DNA of 63,942 nucleotides, the filler included, from Octopus bimaculoides (Eukaryota): the NCBI RefSeq assembly GCF_001194135.2. It is 4 parts of 3 records of this genome, joined end to end, with 100 filler letters (N's around TTAATTAATTAA, not from the genome) between each part and the next. Parts side by side here need not be neighbours in the genome. Positions count along the whole stretch, not along the records: positions 52,066 to 63,942 come from NC_068985.1; 3 more parts are not named here. One strand, 5' to 3'. Under the pieces are notes generated by a model that was not told where the DNA came from, made no database searches, and saw nothing but the letters and a program-made list of their open reading frames with translations. The position numbers and the translations under genes are program-made. Each line of letters begins with the position of its first letter. Position 1 is the stretch's first letter. Of the stretch, positions 52,266-63,942 are shown in pieces.

Positions 52266-52914
52266 ACATCCGTACATACATTTTATATATAAAGGCTCCA
52301 TCTTTAAATTTCTCTGCATCACCATCTGAAACGTAGCTTTATGTTTCACCCTGTTAACATGTCTATTTGCTTCCATTGCAGCCGGCGTATATTATGATGT
52401 ACTACATATACCATCGAATGTCAATCGTTCCAGAGGTTTGCTGATCAAGTCACCGCCGATTATCGGATAAGACCTAGCCTGGGTTTTAAGTGGGGTGATA
52501 CACATGCTAATTAACACATACCTGGGACCTAAACAGGTGCTATTACTCAAGGCCAGAATAGACGTGGGAACAATAGCGATTAGAGTTGCTCCGCACTCCA
52601 CAATACTCTGGAACTCCCGTACCAAGGTACCATAACCGTATGCAGTTTAAAGCCTTACTAGGACTTACATTGATATTGGTGTCATCTTATCTTCAAGTCT
52701 TGAGATTACTTACACAAGCATAGTCTTCTTTTTATTTTAACGTTTTACACCCAGGCTACAGTTGAGCTGTGATAGTCTAGCTATTTTGAGTTTGCCTGAG
52801 AGTTCATTAGGAAGGGAGTACTACTTCAGAACCTTACAGCTGATTCATAGGTTGTACTTTTCGCTTTTAATCGCTAAGCTTACATGTATATTCTTCTTCG
52901 TTCGCTTATTTTTT

Positions 52915-53095
52915 TTGTTTTACTTGTTTCAGTCATTTCACTGTGGCCATGCTGGAGCACCACCTTAAATGGCTTTTTTTTTGGTCGAAGAAATCGAACC
53001 CAGGACTTATTCTTTGTAAGCCTGGTATTTATTCTATCCGTCACACCAACATCGGATGTCAAGCGATAGTGGGGAGACAAACACACACGCACGCA
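52915..53095 (-). mobile_element. SINE family B, 3' portion
   Basis: TTTACTTGTTTCAGTCATT..GGCCATGCTGGAGCACC..GTCAAGCGAT. Confidence 0.8.
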
Positions 53096-54402
53096 CNNNN
53101 NNNNNNNNNNNNNNNNNNNNNNNNNNNNNNNNNNNNNNNNNNNNNNNNNNNNNNNNNNNNNNNNNNNNNNNNNNNNNNNNNNNNNNNNNNNNNNNNNNNN
53201 NNNNNNNNNNNNNNNNNNNNNNNNNNNNNNNNNNNNNNNNNNNNNNNNNNNNNNNNNNNNNNNNNNNNNNNNNNNNNNNNNNNNNNNNNNNNNNNNNNNN
53301 NNNNNNNNNNNNNNNNNNNNNNNNNNNNNNNNNNNNNNNNNNNNNNNNNNNNNNNNNNNNNNNNNNNNNNNNNNNNNNNNNNNNNNNNNNNNNNNNNNNN
53401 NNNNNNNNNNNNNNNNNNNNNNNNNNNNNNNNNNNNNNNNNNNNNNNNNNNNNNNNNNNNNNNNNNNNNNNNNNNNNNNNNNNNNNNNNNNNNNNNNNNN
53501 NNNNNNNNNNNNNNNNNNNNNNNNNNNNNNNNNNNNNNNNNNNNNNNNNNNNNNNNNNNNNNNNNNNNNNNNNNNNNNNNNNNNNNNNNNNNNNNNNNNN
53601 NNNNNNNNNNNNNNNNNNNNNNNNNNNNNNNNNNNNNNNNNNNNNNNNNNNNNNNNNNNNNNNNNNNNNNNNNNNNNNNNNNNNNNNNNNNNNNNNNNNN
53701 NNNNNNNNNNNNNNNNNNNNNNNNNNNNNNNNNNNNNNNNNNNNNNNNNNNNNNNNNNNNNNNNNNNNNNNNNNNNNNNNNNNNNNNNNNNNNNNNNNNN
53801 NNNNNNNNNNNNNNNNNNNNNNNNNNNNNNNNNNNNNNNNNNNNNNNNNNNNNNNNNNNNNNNNNNNNNNNNNNNNNNNNNNNNNNATATATATATATAT
53901 ATACATTTCTAGCGCTTCCTTCCGTTATCGGATTTTATCAAAAGTGTGGTTTACCTTTTAAGTTTGCTTCTTTTGATATAAAATTGAACTTATAAACGCA
54001 TACACACATACTCACATTCACATAATTATACATGTATTTGTGCATTTATTTCTATGCATATATGAGTATTTGGGTCGATATATGTGTATGGACATGTGCA
54101 TTTGTTTAACTGTTAATAACAGTCAATATAAAAATGTAAAAACTGGACATGGTTAAAGATTATTTCTTTTACTTATGCACCTCGGAAAGTCATTCGAACC
54201 ACATACTCCCATTTCCTTAGTTGAAATATATCTATAGAAAAATGATGCTTGACTGAAATTAATGTATTTGATAAGTTAGTTTCGACACTTCAGTATTTTG
54301 CAGTGAGTGAAACGTTCACATTATACTTAATTGAACATTGATCGTTACTCAATACAAAAAAAAATAAATAAATAACGGTACCAATGATATACTAATTTAC
54401 CT

Positions 54403-54617
54403 AAAGGCGGCGAGCTGGTAGAATCGTAATCGCGTCGGAAAAATGCCTAGCGGTAATTCGTCCGTCTTTACGTTCTGAGTCAAAATTCCATCGAAGTCAT
54501 CTTAGCTTTTCACCCTGGAGTCGATAAAATAAGTACCAGTTGAGTACTGGGGTCGATGTAATCGACTTAACCCTTCTACAAAATTTTAGGCTTTGTGCCA
54601 AAATTTGAAATCAATAT
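54403..54617 (+). mobile_element. SINE family A, full length
   Basis: AAGGCGGCGAGCTGGTAGAATCG head, CGTTCTGAGTCAAAATTCC box-B-like region, GGGGTCGATGTAATCGACT hairpin. Confidence 0.85.
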
Positions 54618-54704
54618 ACTGAGGTACCCGACTGGTTTGATCTTGTTACTTGAAATCGATGATTCAATAAAAAGCGGCCTAAAAAGCGGGGTGTACTAGT
54701 TGGA

Positions 54705-55020
54705 ATAACTGGTACTCCGTCAGTTACGACGACGAGACTTTTACTTGATCCGTTTAACGGAACAGCCCGCCCGTGAAATGAACGTGCAAGTGGGTGAGCG
54801 CTCCACAGACACGCTTACCTTTAACATAGTTCTCAGGAAGAGTCAACGTGACACAAAATGTGACAAGGCCAGACCTTTGAAACACAGGTACTACTCATTT
54901 TTGCCAATTGAGTAGACTGTAGCAACTTGAAATAAAGTGTCTTGGTCAAGGACACAATTCACTGATAAGAATCAAACTCACGATCGTGAGCCGAATACGC
55001 TAACCACTAAGCCACATCCT
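54705..55020 (-). mobile_element. tRNA-derived SINE sharing its 3' half with family C
   Basis: Reverse complement: TGGCTTAGTGGTTAG head, GTCCTTGACCAAGACACTTTATTTC core, tail collinear with 2080-2245. Confidence 0.8.
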
Positions 55021-55187
55021 TCATTAGTCTGAATTATATGTGTGCAAACCGAAATCATTTTTTTTTTTTAAATTTCAGTTCTGTTTTCTAAGAAAAGTTA
55101 TTTGCTAAGGCTACTGCTTTGGCTGCTACTGCTGCTGTTGACCGACACCTGCTGTTACAGTCGTTGCCACCAACATCCGACTCTAAT

Positions 55188-55256
<69 letters not shown>

Positions 55257-56796
55257 AGTTACTTCGGGTCTGTCTGTTGCTGGTTGTAATTAATTTCGCG
55301 ACATCGTGACAGCTTCTCTAAAGAATTAAAACATCTCCTTAAGGGCCATTTGTTTCAATTACAGACAGAGTTGATAAGAGGAAATCTGCAGCGAAATTGA
55401 GATGAATAAAAAGAAGAGAGGGGGGGGAAGGAAGAATGGGCAGTAAAAAGATTCTGAAAGACAAGATAAGGAGAGAAAAGGGGAAAGAATAGCAGAGAGA
55501 GCATGTGATTTAGAATTAAAATATAGAAACTAGAGAAAGTAGAGCGCTTGAAAGAGGAGTAAAATATTTTTTAAGGAGAACATTTTCATTGCAATGTCAC
55601 AATGTACACAAAGAGATTTTTGTGCAACAAAAACAACCCTCCAATCAAAGAAAAAAAAATACACAATGGAAAGACAGGAGTGGAAATATTACACACAAAG
55701 AGGAATGGAATACAAGATGGACACGGGTTGCATGTCTGTGGTGATAAATCGTTAATTAAAATAATTTTTATTCTTAATTTTTACCTTTGTTGTCTTTTTA
55801 GTAAAAGCATGTCTCAGCTTTGTTGTTAATAGTTCAAAATACCACAAGATATTCACTGCCGGTCGCCATTTTATTTCGATCTCATTTTGAAAATTAAAAT
55901 GCACGTTGGATATTTGAAAAGCGCTATCGTTATCACACTTTCTCTCCTACTCTCTTTCATTCTTCTCTCTCTCCCTTTCTTTCTCTCTTTGTCCTCTCAC
56001 CCTGCTTCTCTGTTAAAGATATTCTCTTCTACACACACGCTGAGATTACGCAAACAGCAGCGTACATGTTCTATTAGACGTTATGAACACAGTGAAAGGG
56101 ACACACAGGAATCCGAAGTGACATGGCATGATGGAAAATGACACATACAGAAATGCATGTATACCGATATGCAATGATACACTAATTACACTCACACACA
56201 GAAACACACACCTATAAAAATACACACAAAATATAGCATCGTATACAAGTAACCTGAAGCTCATTTACATACAAACAAACGTATATACATTCACATATAG
56301 CAGTTCAACACGCGCATACACACACGTCACAAACGTATTCACTGATACGAATAACCCTCTTTTAAACACATATATCAAGCAAATACGCATTCGTACACAT
56401 GGGAACACACGTATAAACATGTGAACACCCATATAACATATAAACAAAGAAAATAAGTTCACTAACACACAAACAAAACTACACAATCACGCATTCTTTG
56501 TTCGCGAAAGAATAGTTTCTTTCACGACAATATCATATTTGAATGAAATATGTTACGCAATAAACAGAAATAAAATTCCTGAGAATCTTCGATAAAATGA
56601 GATCAAGTTGATTGAATCGAAAATAATTCCCTCCGAAAATAATAAAAACAACAACCAACACACAAAAGGTTAATTAAAATCACGATTTAAAGATTATTCA
56701 GGGTCAGAGAAGCAGGTGACCTGATCTTACAGAGGGGTCGGTTTGTGAACACATAATTCATTCTAACTATTATGGTTAATATTAATGTAATATTTA

Positions 56797-56994
56797 AGGC
56801 GGCGAGCTGGCATAATCATTAACAGACCGTGAGGAATGCTTAAGCAGAATTTCGTCAGTCTCTGCATTTTGAGTTCAATTTCCGCGAGGTTGACTTGCAA
56901 TGTTTTTCCTTTCAGGGTCGATAAAACGAGTACCAGTTGAACATTTGGGTCGATGAAATCGATTTACCTTCTCACCTAAGTTGCTGGCCTTGTC
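56797..56994 (+). mobile_element. SINE family A with 19-bp flanking direct repeat
   Basis: AATATTAATGTAATATTTA at 56778-56796 and 56995-57013. Confidence 0.85.
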
Positions 56995-57013
56995 AATATT
57001 AATGTAATATTTA

Positions 57014-57190
57014 GGGTGGTGAGCTGGTAGAATCGTTAACGCGCCAGGCAAAATGCTTAGTGGTATTCTGTCCGTCTTTACGTTCTGAGTTCAAATTCTG
57101 CCCAGATCGACTTTACCTTTTATCCTTTCGTTGTACCATTGAGACTTTTCCAAAGTCACTGGCTTTGTGTCAAAATTTGAAATTAATTAT
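57014..57190 (+). mobile_element. SINE family A, adjacent second copy
   Basis: GGTGGTGAGCTGGTAGAATCGTTAACGCG..CGTTCTGAGTTCAAATTC. Confidence 0.8.
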
Positions 57191-57774
57191 TGTCATATGA
57201 AGGAGACGAACGAAGGTCATTCTTGTGGAACAGTGCATAAAAACACTGCAATATTTAGATCAAAAGATTACGTCATAACTTCAAAACTCGTCGAAGTTGA
57301 TTTGATTTGTGTCTCCATGTTTGGATGAAGTACATGTCATATATTACGATCAATTCTGTCCGTTGTCATGAAATGACTGATGGTGTGTCTATATTCTTTT
57401 AAATATTATTTTAATAATAACCTATGCATACTTTTATTAGATGTTAATCAATTAATTCTACTTAAACTTTCTTAAGCACACATTCAAACACATACGTGTG
57501 TATGTATGATGAGTATAGTATAGCATACACAGATATATATATACATATGTCTACATAATAGACATATTTGCGTGTATGAATATATGTAAATATGTATATA
57601 AAGGAGGTTAACTAAACAAATAAAAGGAGAAATATACATATATAACATACCTCTGAGTACGTCTAGTGTGCCATTCTGATTTACAAAACGCCTTTCGGTA
57701 ATGTTGTGAGGCAGTGTGTGTGTGTGTTTACGTTGTCTTGTTTTATGTACGCATGTATGTATATATATATGGGG

Positions 57775-57833
<59 letters not shown>

Positions 57834-58045
57834 TGTATCCTCGCATATTTCGTCCCAGCAGCAGTCAGCGAGAATGATAGGTACATTTCATTACCATACA
57901 ATCATAAGTCTGATAACTATTTTAATTAAATAGTGTCTCAGTTGCATGTACTAGAGTATGTATGTATGTATGTATGTATGTATGTATGTATGTATGTATG
58001 TATGTATGTATGCATGCATGTATGTATGTATGTATGTATGTATGT

Positions 58046-58965
58046 GTCTCTTCTAATTTTTAAAAAAATTATTATAAATCTTCCCCTGAGAAGGGAGTCG
58101 GTTTCGAACAAAGATACAAGGCACCATCTTTGGAATGTAGTTAACACAAATTCATTTGGAACTTGAGAAAGGTCTCGCATATATTTACTGTGCCATGTAT
58201 GTATGTATGTCATTATCCAGTTTCATTTTAAGATTTCTTGCCAATAGAGAGAGAACCGGTTTCTAACCTAGATCCAAGCCGCCTTCATTTGAATTTCAAC
58301 ATCAGCAAAAGGTTATGTATGCATGTATGTATGTATGTATGTATGTATGTATGTGTGTATGTATGTATGTATGTATGCATGTATGCATGTATGCATATAT
58401 GTATGTATGTATGCATGTATGTATGTATGTANNNNNNNNNNTGTATGTATGTATGCATGTATGTATGTATGTATGTATGTATGTATGCATGCATGCATGT
58501 ATGTATGCATGCATGTATGTATGTATGTATGTATGTGTGTATGTATGTATGTTTGTATGTATGTATGTAAGTCATTATTGAGTTTTATTTCAAGATTTCT
58601 TGTCAATAGAGAAAGAGACGGTTTCTAACCTAGATTTAAGGCTCCTTCATTGGAATTTCAACATCAACAGGGTATGTATGTATGTATTTATGTATGTATG
58701 TATGTATGCATGCATGCATGCATGCATGTATTATGTATGTATGTATGTATGTTTTGTTTTGTTTTGTTTTATGTATGTATTCCCGTGCTCATATATACTT
58801 AAATGATAAACTCCTGGAAATGTTTACAGATTTTTACAATTCCAGTGACGGCTAGGATTCGTAGTCTTCCTGTCAGCTTTCTCTTTTCTGGTTTTGAAAA
58901 GTCTAATTTCTCAAGATTGATATATAGGCAGTGTGTTACATATACTAGTGCCCCAATAATTACAG
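58046..58965 (-). mobile_element. R4/Dong-like 3' end plus two extra 3' UTR copies within (ATGT)n
   Basis: MPVIIGALVYVTHCLYINLEKLDFSKPEKRKL..VTGIVKICKHFQEFII* (58799-58965); UTR units at 58572-58672, 58210-58312 and 58046-58145. Confidence 0.7.
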
Positions 58966-60564
58966 GCATGCATGCATATATGTGTGTGCGCGTGCGTGTG
59001 TGTGTGAGTAATGTTGATATGTGGGCGAGTGTATCATTGTGTGTGGGTATGCCTAAATGTGTATTAGTATGCATCACTGCCCACCTTGTCATCAACCTCC
59101 GTTTACACTATGGTTTTTCACTTACTTCTCTTCTGCTATACCACATTGCTTACCCATAAGATGCAGGACTGAAGAACATAAGATCATAAAACAAACCTTA
59201 TATTGTATTTTGTTTGTTGCTAATACTGAGTAAGACTGCGTCAATCGGATTAAGAAACCGCATTCGGGTTGCAGAAACCAGCGTATGTTATATAAAGCTA
59301 TAAAAAAACCAATATCGTTTTTGAGTTTATTAGCAAACACCCCCTCCCACACAAACACGCACGCGCGCACACACACACACACACACATACACACACACAT
59401 ACGTACGCAGGCACACACCAACGCACGCACGTACGCACTCGCACATGTACATTCACACAAACACATGATTACTCTCTTTCACACACGCACTCATACACAC
59501 ACATACACACACACACACATGCACACACACACACACACACAGATTTCATTATTCTATTCTGTTACTAAGACATACCATGTGCAGTTGATTTTGCGTTAAG
59601 TATAAATGTATCTCTCTGGTACTTTAGAACAAACGGATATCTAGATAATTTCATAAAAAGAACTAAGAACAAATATATATTGAAGACCGAATGTCATTGG
59701 TACATCCACTGTACCTATTCATGTATTTGATTAGCAATTGGCGTTGCAGACAAATTCTTCGGACACTTAATGGTTTTCCTGGTAAAATGCCTTTAAAGCA
59801 TTTAGAATTAGCTGTCCGAAAACAGAGACTTCATGTTCATACTTTCTCCTTAAAGAACCGGTAGTTCCTCGAAATTAAAAATGGTTCTTGAGGAAGAGAT
59901 TTTAACCAATACATAATACATATATACATACATACGTACACACACACGCGCGCGCGTGCGCGTGCTTACATACACACACACACACACACACACATACATA
60001 TATAGCATTTGAATATTCAAGGGTTTCATTGTCTAGACGGTTTTGTCCGGCGCTGAAGCTTCACAACCAACCAGACAGTCAAGAATATTCCGAAGCTCTC
60101 AAGTTTGCTTCATCACAAAAATAACTATTTTTCCCGCTGGTCCAGACTAGTAACCGTGGCTAACCACTCATTTCCAAGAGTTTTCGCTTTGGGTGAATTC
60201 CAGTGATACAACCAAACAACATATAACAAAATGAAATATAATTAGTCACAGAGAGCACGATACGTTTAAAGGTTTCTTCAGTTCTTCATGGATTATTCTA
60301 CAGCAGAAGTTTGACTAAATCGCCGCAGACAATGATTCACTAATAAACAGTTCTAGCGCTTCAAAGTAAACTACACACAAGTTACATTAAAAAAATGACA
60401 AAAACAATAACAAAACAAAGCAATGACTAAATTTGCTAAATGCAAATACTTAAAAACCTAAATATTATAGATATTGATCATATTCCTCTTCCGATGTTAC
60501 TTCAAAGCTGAAATAATATGTTCGAAATAAACTTAGAAGAGAAACAATTTGACGTAGGTTATTA

Positions 60565-60780
60565 TTACGAAGCAGGTAGAATCGTTAGCAAGACGGGCAA
60601 ACTGCTTCACAGCATTTCATCAGTTTTTACTTTCCAAGATTAAATTCCATCAAAGGTCAACTTCTCTATTCATCCTTTTGGAGTCAAGAAAATAAGCACC
60701 AGCTGAGTACTGGGGTCGACTTAATTCACTTAACCCCATCCCCAAAATTGTTGGCCTTGTGCCAAAATTAGAAACCATTG
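60565..60780 (+). mobile_element. SINE family A copy
   Basis: GCAGGTAGAATCGTTAGC..GAGTACTGGGGTCGACTTAATT..GGCCTTGTGCCAAAATT. Confidence 0.75.
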
Positions 60781-61019
60781 TTATTGTTGTTAGTATTATT
60801 ATTAATATGTTGTTATTTTTCTTCTTTCTTCAAATTTTCTTCCATTTCTCGCCGAGTGTTTTCTGTACACCTAAGGCAGAGAAACTCGTTGTATGCGTTG
60901 CCAGTTTACACACGAAAATTCACAGGTAAAACATGTATTTAAGAAAAAAAAAGAATTCATGAATGGATGTTGCTTTCACAGCGATAATGCTCTTCTCAGT
61001 ACATGAGTCGTTCCAGTTA

Positions 61020-61082
<63 letters not shown>

Positions 61083-61482
61083 CATTATTACAACTAAATT
61101 CACTTGTAGTTTTATGAAACAGAAAGCTCCAATTACGCATAGATTAATGAAAAATAAACTGATCTCAAACACATACACATGCAAATTTAGTCGCACAGAT
61201 ATATGCACACTAACACACTAACATGATTTGAAACATACCCAAGGATAGCTACAGCTACATATATGTATGTGTGTGTGTGTATGTATGTATGTATGTATGT
61301 ATGTATGTATGTATGTATGTATATATATATGTATGCTTGCATGTATGTATATGTGTATGTATATATATATATGTATATATATATATAGATATATATATAT
61401 ATAAATGCACGCACACATTTATATATATATATATTCATTTAATTCGACACTTACATGTGTATATGTATACACACACAGATAA

Positions 61483-61547
<65 letters not shown>

Positions 61548-61961
61548 TATATGCTTGCTTATATGCATAGACATGCACACACATGGTAATCCATATATGC
61601 ATAAGCATATACATGTGCATGCATGTATGTGTAAGTAGTGTCGGTTTATGTTTATGTAAGCTTGTATTCATTTTTGTACCGAGCCTAGATGAGCTAATCT
61701 GGTGCAATATGGAGACGAGGTAACAACAATACAAAATCTGAACTCCCGTCAGTGAAGGAAAAAAAAAACAAAGACAAAAAAACATCAAATGAATACGTGA
61801 ATGTGTGAAAGTTGAGACGACACTTACAGGGCTCAGGTGTAGTGATGTTGTCTTTAATAACGGAGACTTGATTTTGGATATTCAGCTAATGAGGTAGACA
61901 GCCCTGCACGTCAATCTATTTTCTGATGGGTTTGGAATCAGTTTGATTTGGAAGGGGGAAA

Positions 61962-62080
<119 letters not shown>

Positions 62081-62373
62081 NNNNNNNNNNNNNNNNNNNN
62101 NNNNNNNNNNNNNNNNNNNNNNNNTATGTATATATATATATATACATATATATAAATATATAGGTACATGTGTACATGCATATATATAAATGCATATATG
62201 CACATATATGCAATGATGTAATGTATAAGTGTGTGTTTGTGTACATGTATATATATTAGCATATATATACATATACATGTGTTTATATGTATATGTGTGT
62301 ATATATACATATATATACACATAAATATACATATATATATATATCTATAAATATATTTATAAATATATATGCA

Positions 62374-62422
<49 letters not shown>

Positions 62423-62429
62423 CTACACT

Positions 62430-63000
62430 TCCATCTCACCGATACTTCTAAGCAACTTCTAATTTAACCCAAAATGATGTGAATATCATCCTAGCAGCCA
62501 GGAAAACAATTATTAGATTTAATGATAAGTTTTGAACTAGAAAATTAGCTAAAAGTTTTTTTGATATCACCATGGGATCTAATGACACTGCGCATGTCAT
62601 TGATCTCGTGAGGATATTCTTATTATATGGTATTAAATATAAAATTCATATGGACGATACTTCGCTCACTATACGTATTTTCTGTCATGTTTATGTTGGA
62701 ACCAAGAACCAAGAAAATTTGATATTTTAAATTGTTAGCTTGTCTTTTACATTTGACGATAATTGTAAAATAGTCAACGTCCTAGACATTACTTTAAAAC
62801 TTAGAGCAGGTCCCTTTAAACATTTCCATAATCCAAACCAGCATCAAAATTATGTTAATCGCTTCTCCAATCATAAAATAGCCGTCATACATTCCGTAGT
62901 AAACAGTGTATTCTCCCGTATAATCATTGCTCTCCACCAACCAGGACATTTTTAAAACCAAAATGCAAGCTACTACAATGGAACTCTATTTAGGACTGTT
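62430..63000 (+). mobile_element. Penelope-like RT fragment
   Basis: DVNIILAARKTI..FFDITMGSNDTAHVIDLV, NVLDITL, NYVNRFSNH; decayed. Confidence 0.7.
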
Positions 63001-63589
63001 TATAAAGAGAAAATAGCATATCTCCCTAAATATAGAGATGGCAGATAATCATATACCGTCTGGAAGTAACAGGATTAATAAAATTAGCGCAAGTTCCCTC
63101 GTGATCTTAATCTTACGTAAAGGGCACAATCTAAAGGGCTTACATAAAGAGTACAATCTAAATAGGAATAGAAATCAATGTAAATTTGCATAGAAATCAC
63201 TCCGCAGTGAGTAGCGTAATCACGTGTTTAAGGATAATGATAATAATAACACTATCATCTGAAATCTTTATGGCATTTACACGCCGTTGACGTTCCTAAA
63301 GGTCCTTGTTGGCTCGGGTGATTACACCTCCCGTCCGTCATTCTTCATTATGTTGCACACCACTACTTCACAGTCAATTTTAACTGTGTTTGTAATTTAA
63401 TATTCTTGGGATATTCTTTTTATCGCAGTCCCTAACGATTTTAGATTACATCAAATGAGAATTTGTTGCTTATCAACAATAAAAAAAGGTCACAGTAAAA
63501 AATAAAAGAAATATAACAGTACTCCATTCAAACTGGCATCGGAGTCGACAGCCCATGTAGGCACGACATTGCTTAGAGTATTCTTTTAT

Positions 63590-63780
63590 CATTTTACTTT
63601 CTGTCAGCAGATTGCGGCCATGCTGTAGCACCGCCTTGATGTGTATTAGTAGAACAAATCTATTCCTGTATATATTTTCTTTTTAAGCCTGATACTTATT
63701 CTGTCGGACATATTTTGAGGAATCTCTACAAGTCAAGGCAGGTTCTCAAGTGGTGGAGGGGATCAAGCACATACACAAAG
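63590..63780 (-). mobile_element. SINE family B, 3' portion
   Basis: TTTTACTTTCTGTCAGCAGATTGCGGCCATGCTGTAGCACCGCC. Confidence 0.7.
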
Positions 63781-63799
63781 ACTCACACACACATATCTT

Positions 63800-63885
63800 T
63801 CTATGTATGTATGTATGTATGTATGTATGTATGTATGTATGCATGTATGTATGTATGTATGCATGTATGTATGTATGTATGTATG

Positions 63886-63940
<55 letters not shown>

Positions 63941-63942
63941 AT
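63800..63942. repeat. (ATGT)n(ATCT)n compound microsatellite
   Basis: Directly visible. Confidence 0.95.

Noticed and set aside
52943-53995. Longest ORFs in the track (350, 301, 290 aa; also 3928-4419 and 46540-47076)
   Set aside because: They are open only because they run through N gaps.
58046-58672. Repeat-spacer pattern suggestive of a CRISPR-like array
   Set aside because: Units are ~100-bp LINE 3' UTR copies separated by microsatellite; eukaryotic context, no cas genes.

Overview
AT-rich, gappy, microsatellite-dense animal genomic DNA. The SINE families and repeat landscape look like an octopus (cephalopod) draft assembly; this is inference and was not checked by search. I can support no complete host protein-coding gene. 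Almost all ORFs in the supplied track are translated microsatellites, N-gaps or transposon debris. The window is a graveyard of diverse decayed mobile elements. DNA transposons include a Helitron-like relic, a Chapaev3-like element, a Tc1-like element with DD36E spacing, three mariner relics, a hAT/P-like DDE relic and several MITEs. Non-LTR relics include CRE-like, Hero-like, R4/Dong-like and RTE-like (with a PHD-like finger) elements, many Penelope-like fragments with hammerhead-ribozyme-like motifs, and at least three tRNA-derived SINE families. The left ~19 kb shows CpG decay in SINE copies and a few candidate minus-strand micro-exons, suggesting it may be intronic in a methylated gene. 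I found no intact novel system. The best leads are an R4/Dong-like element stacked in (ATGT)n tracts, a minimal hammerhead at 19.0 kb and the CRE-like relic. All family assignments come from motif recognition by eye.
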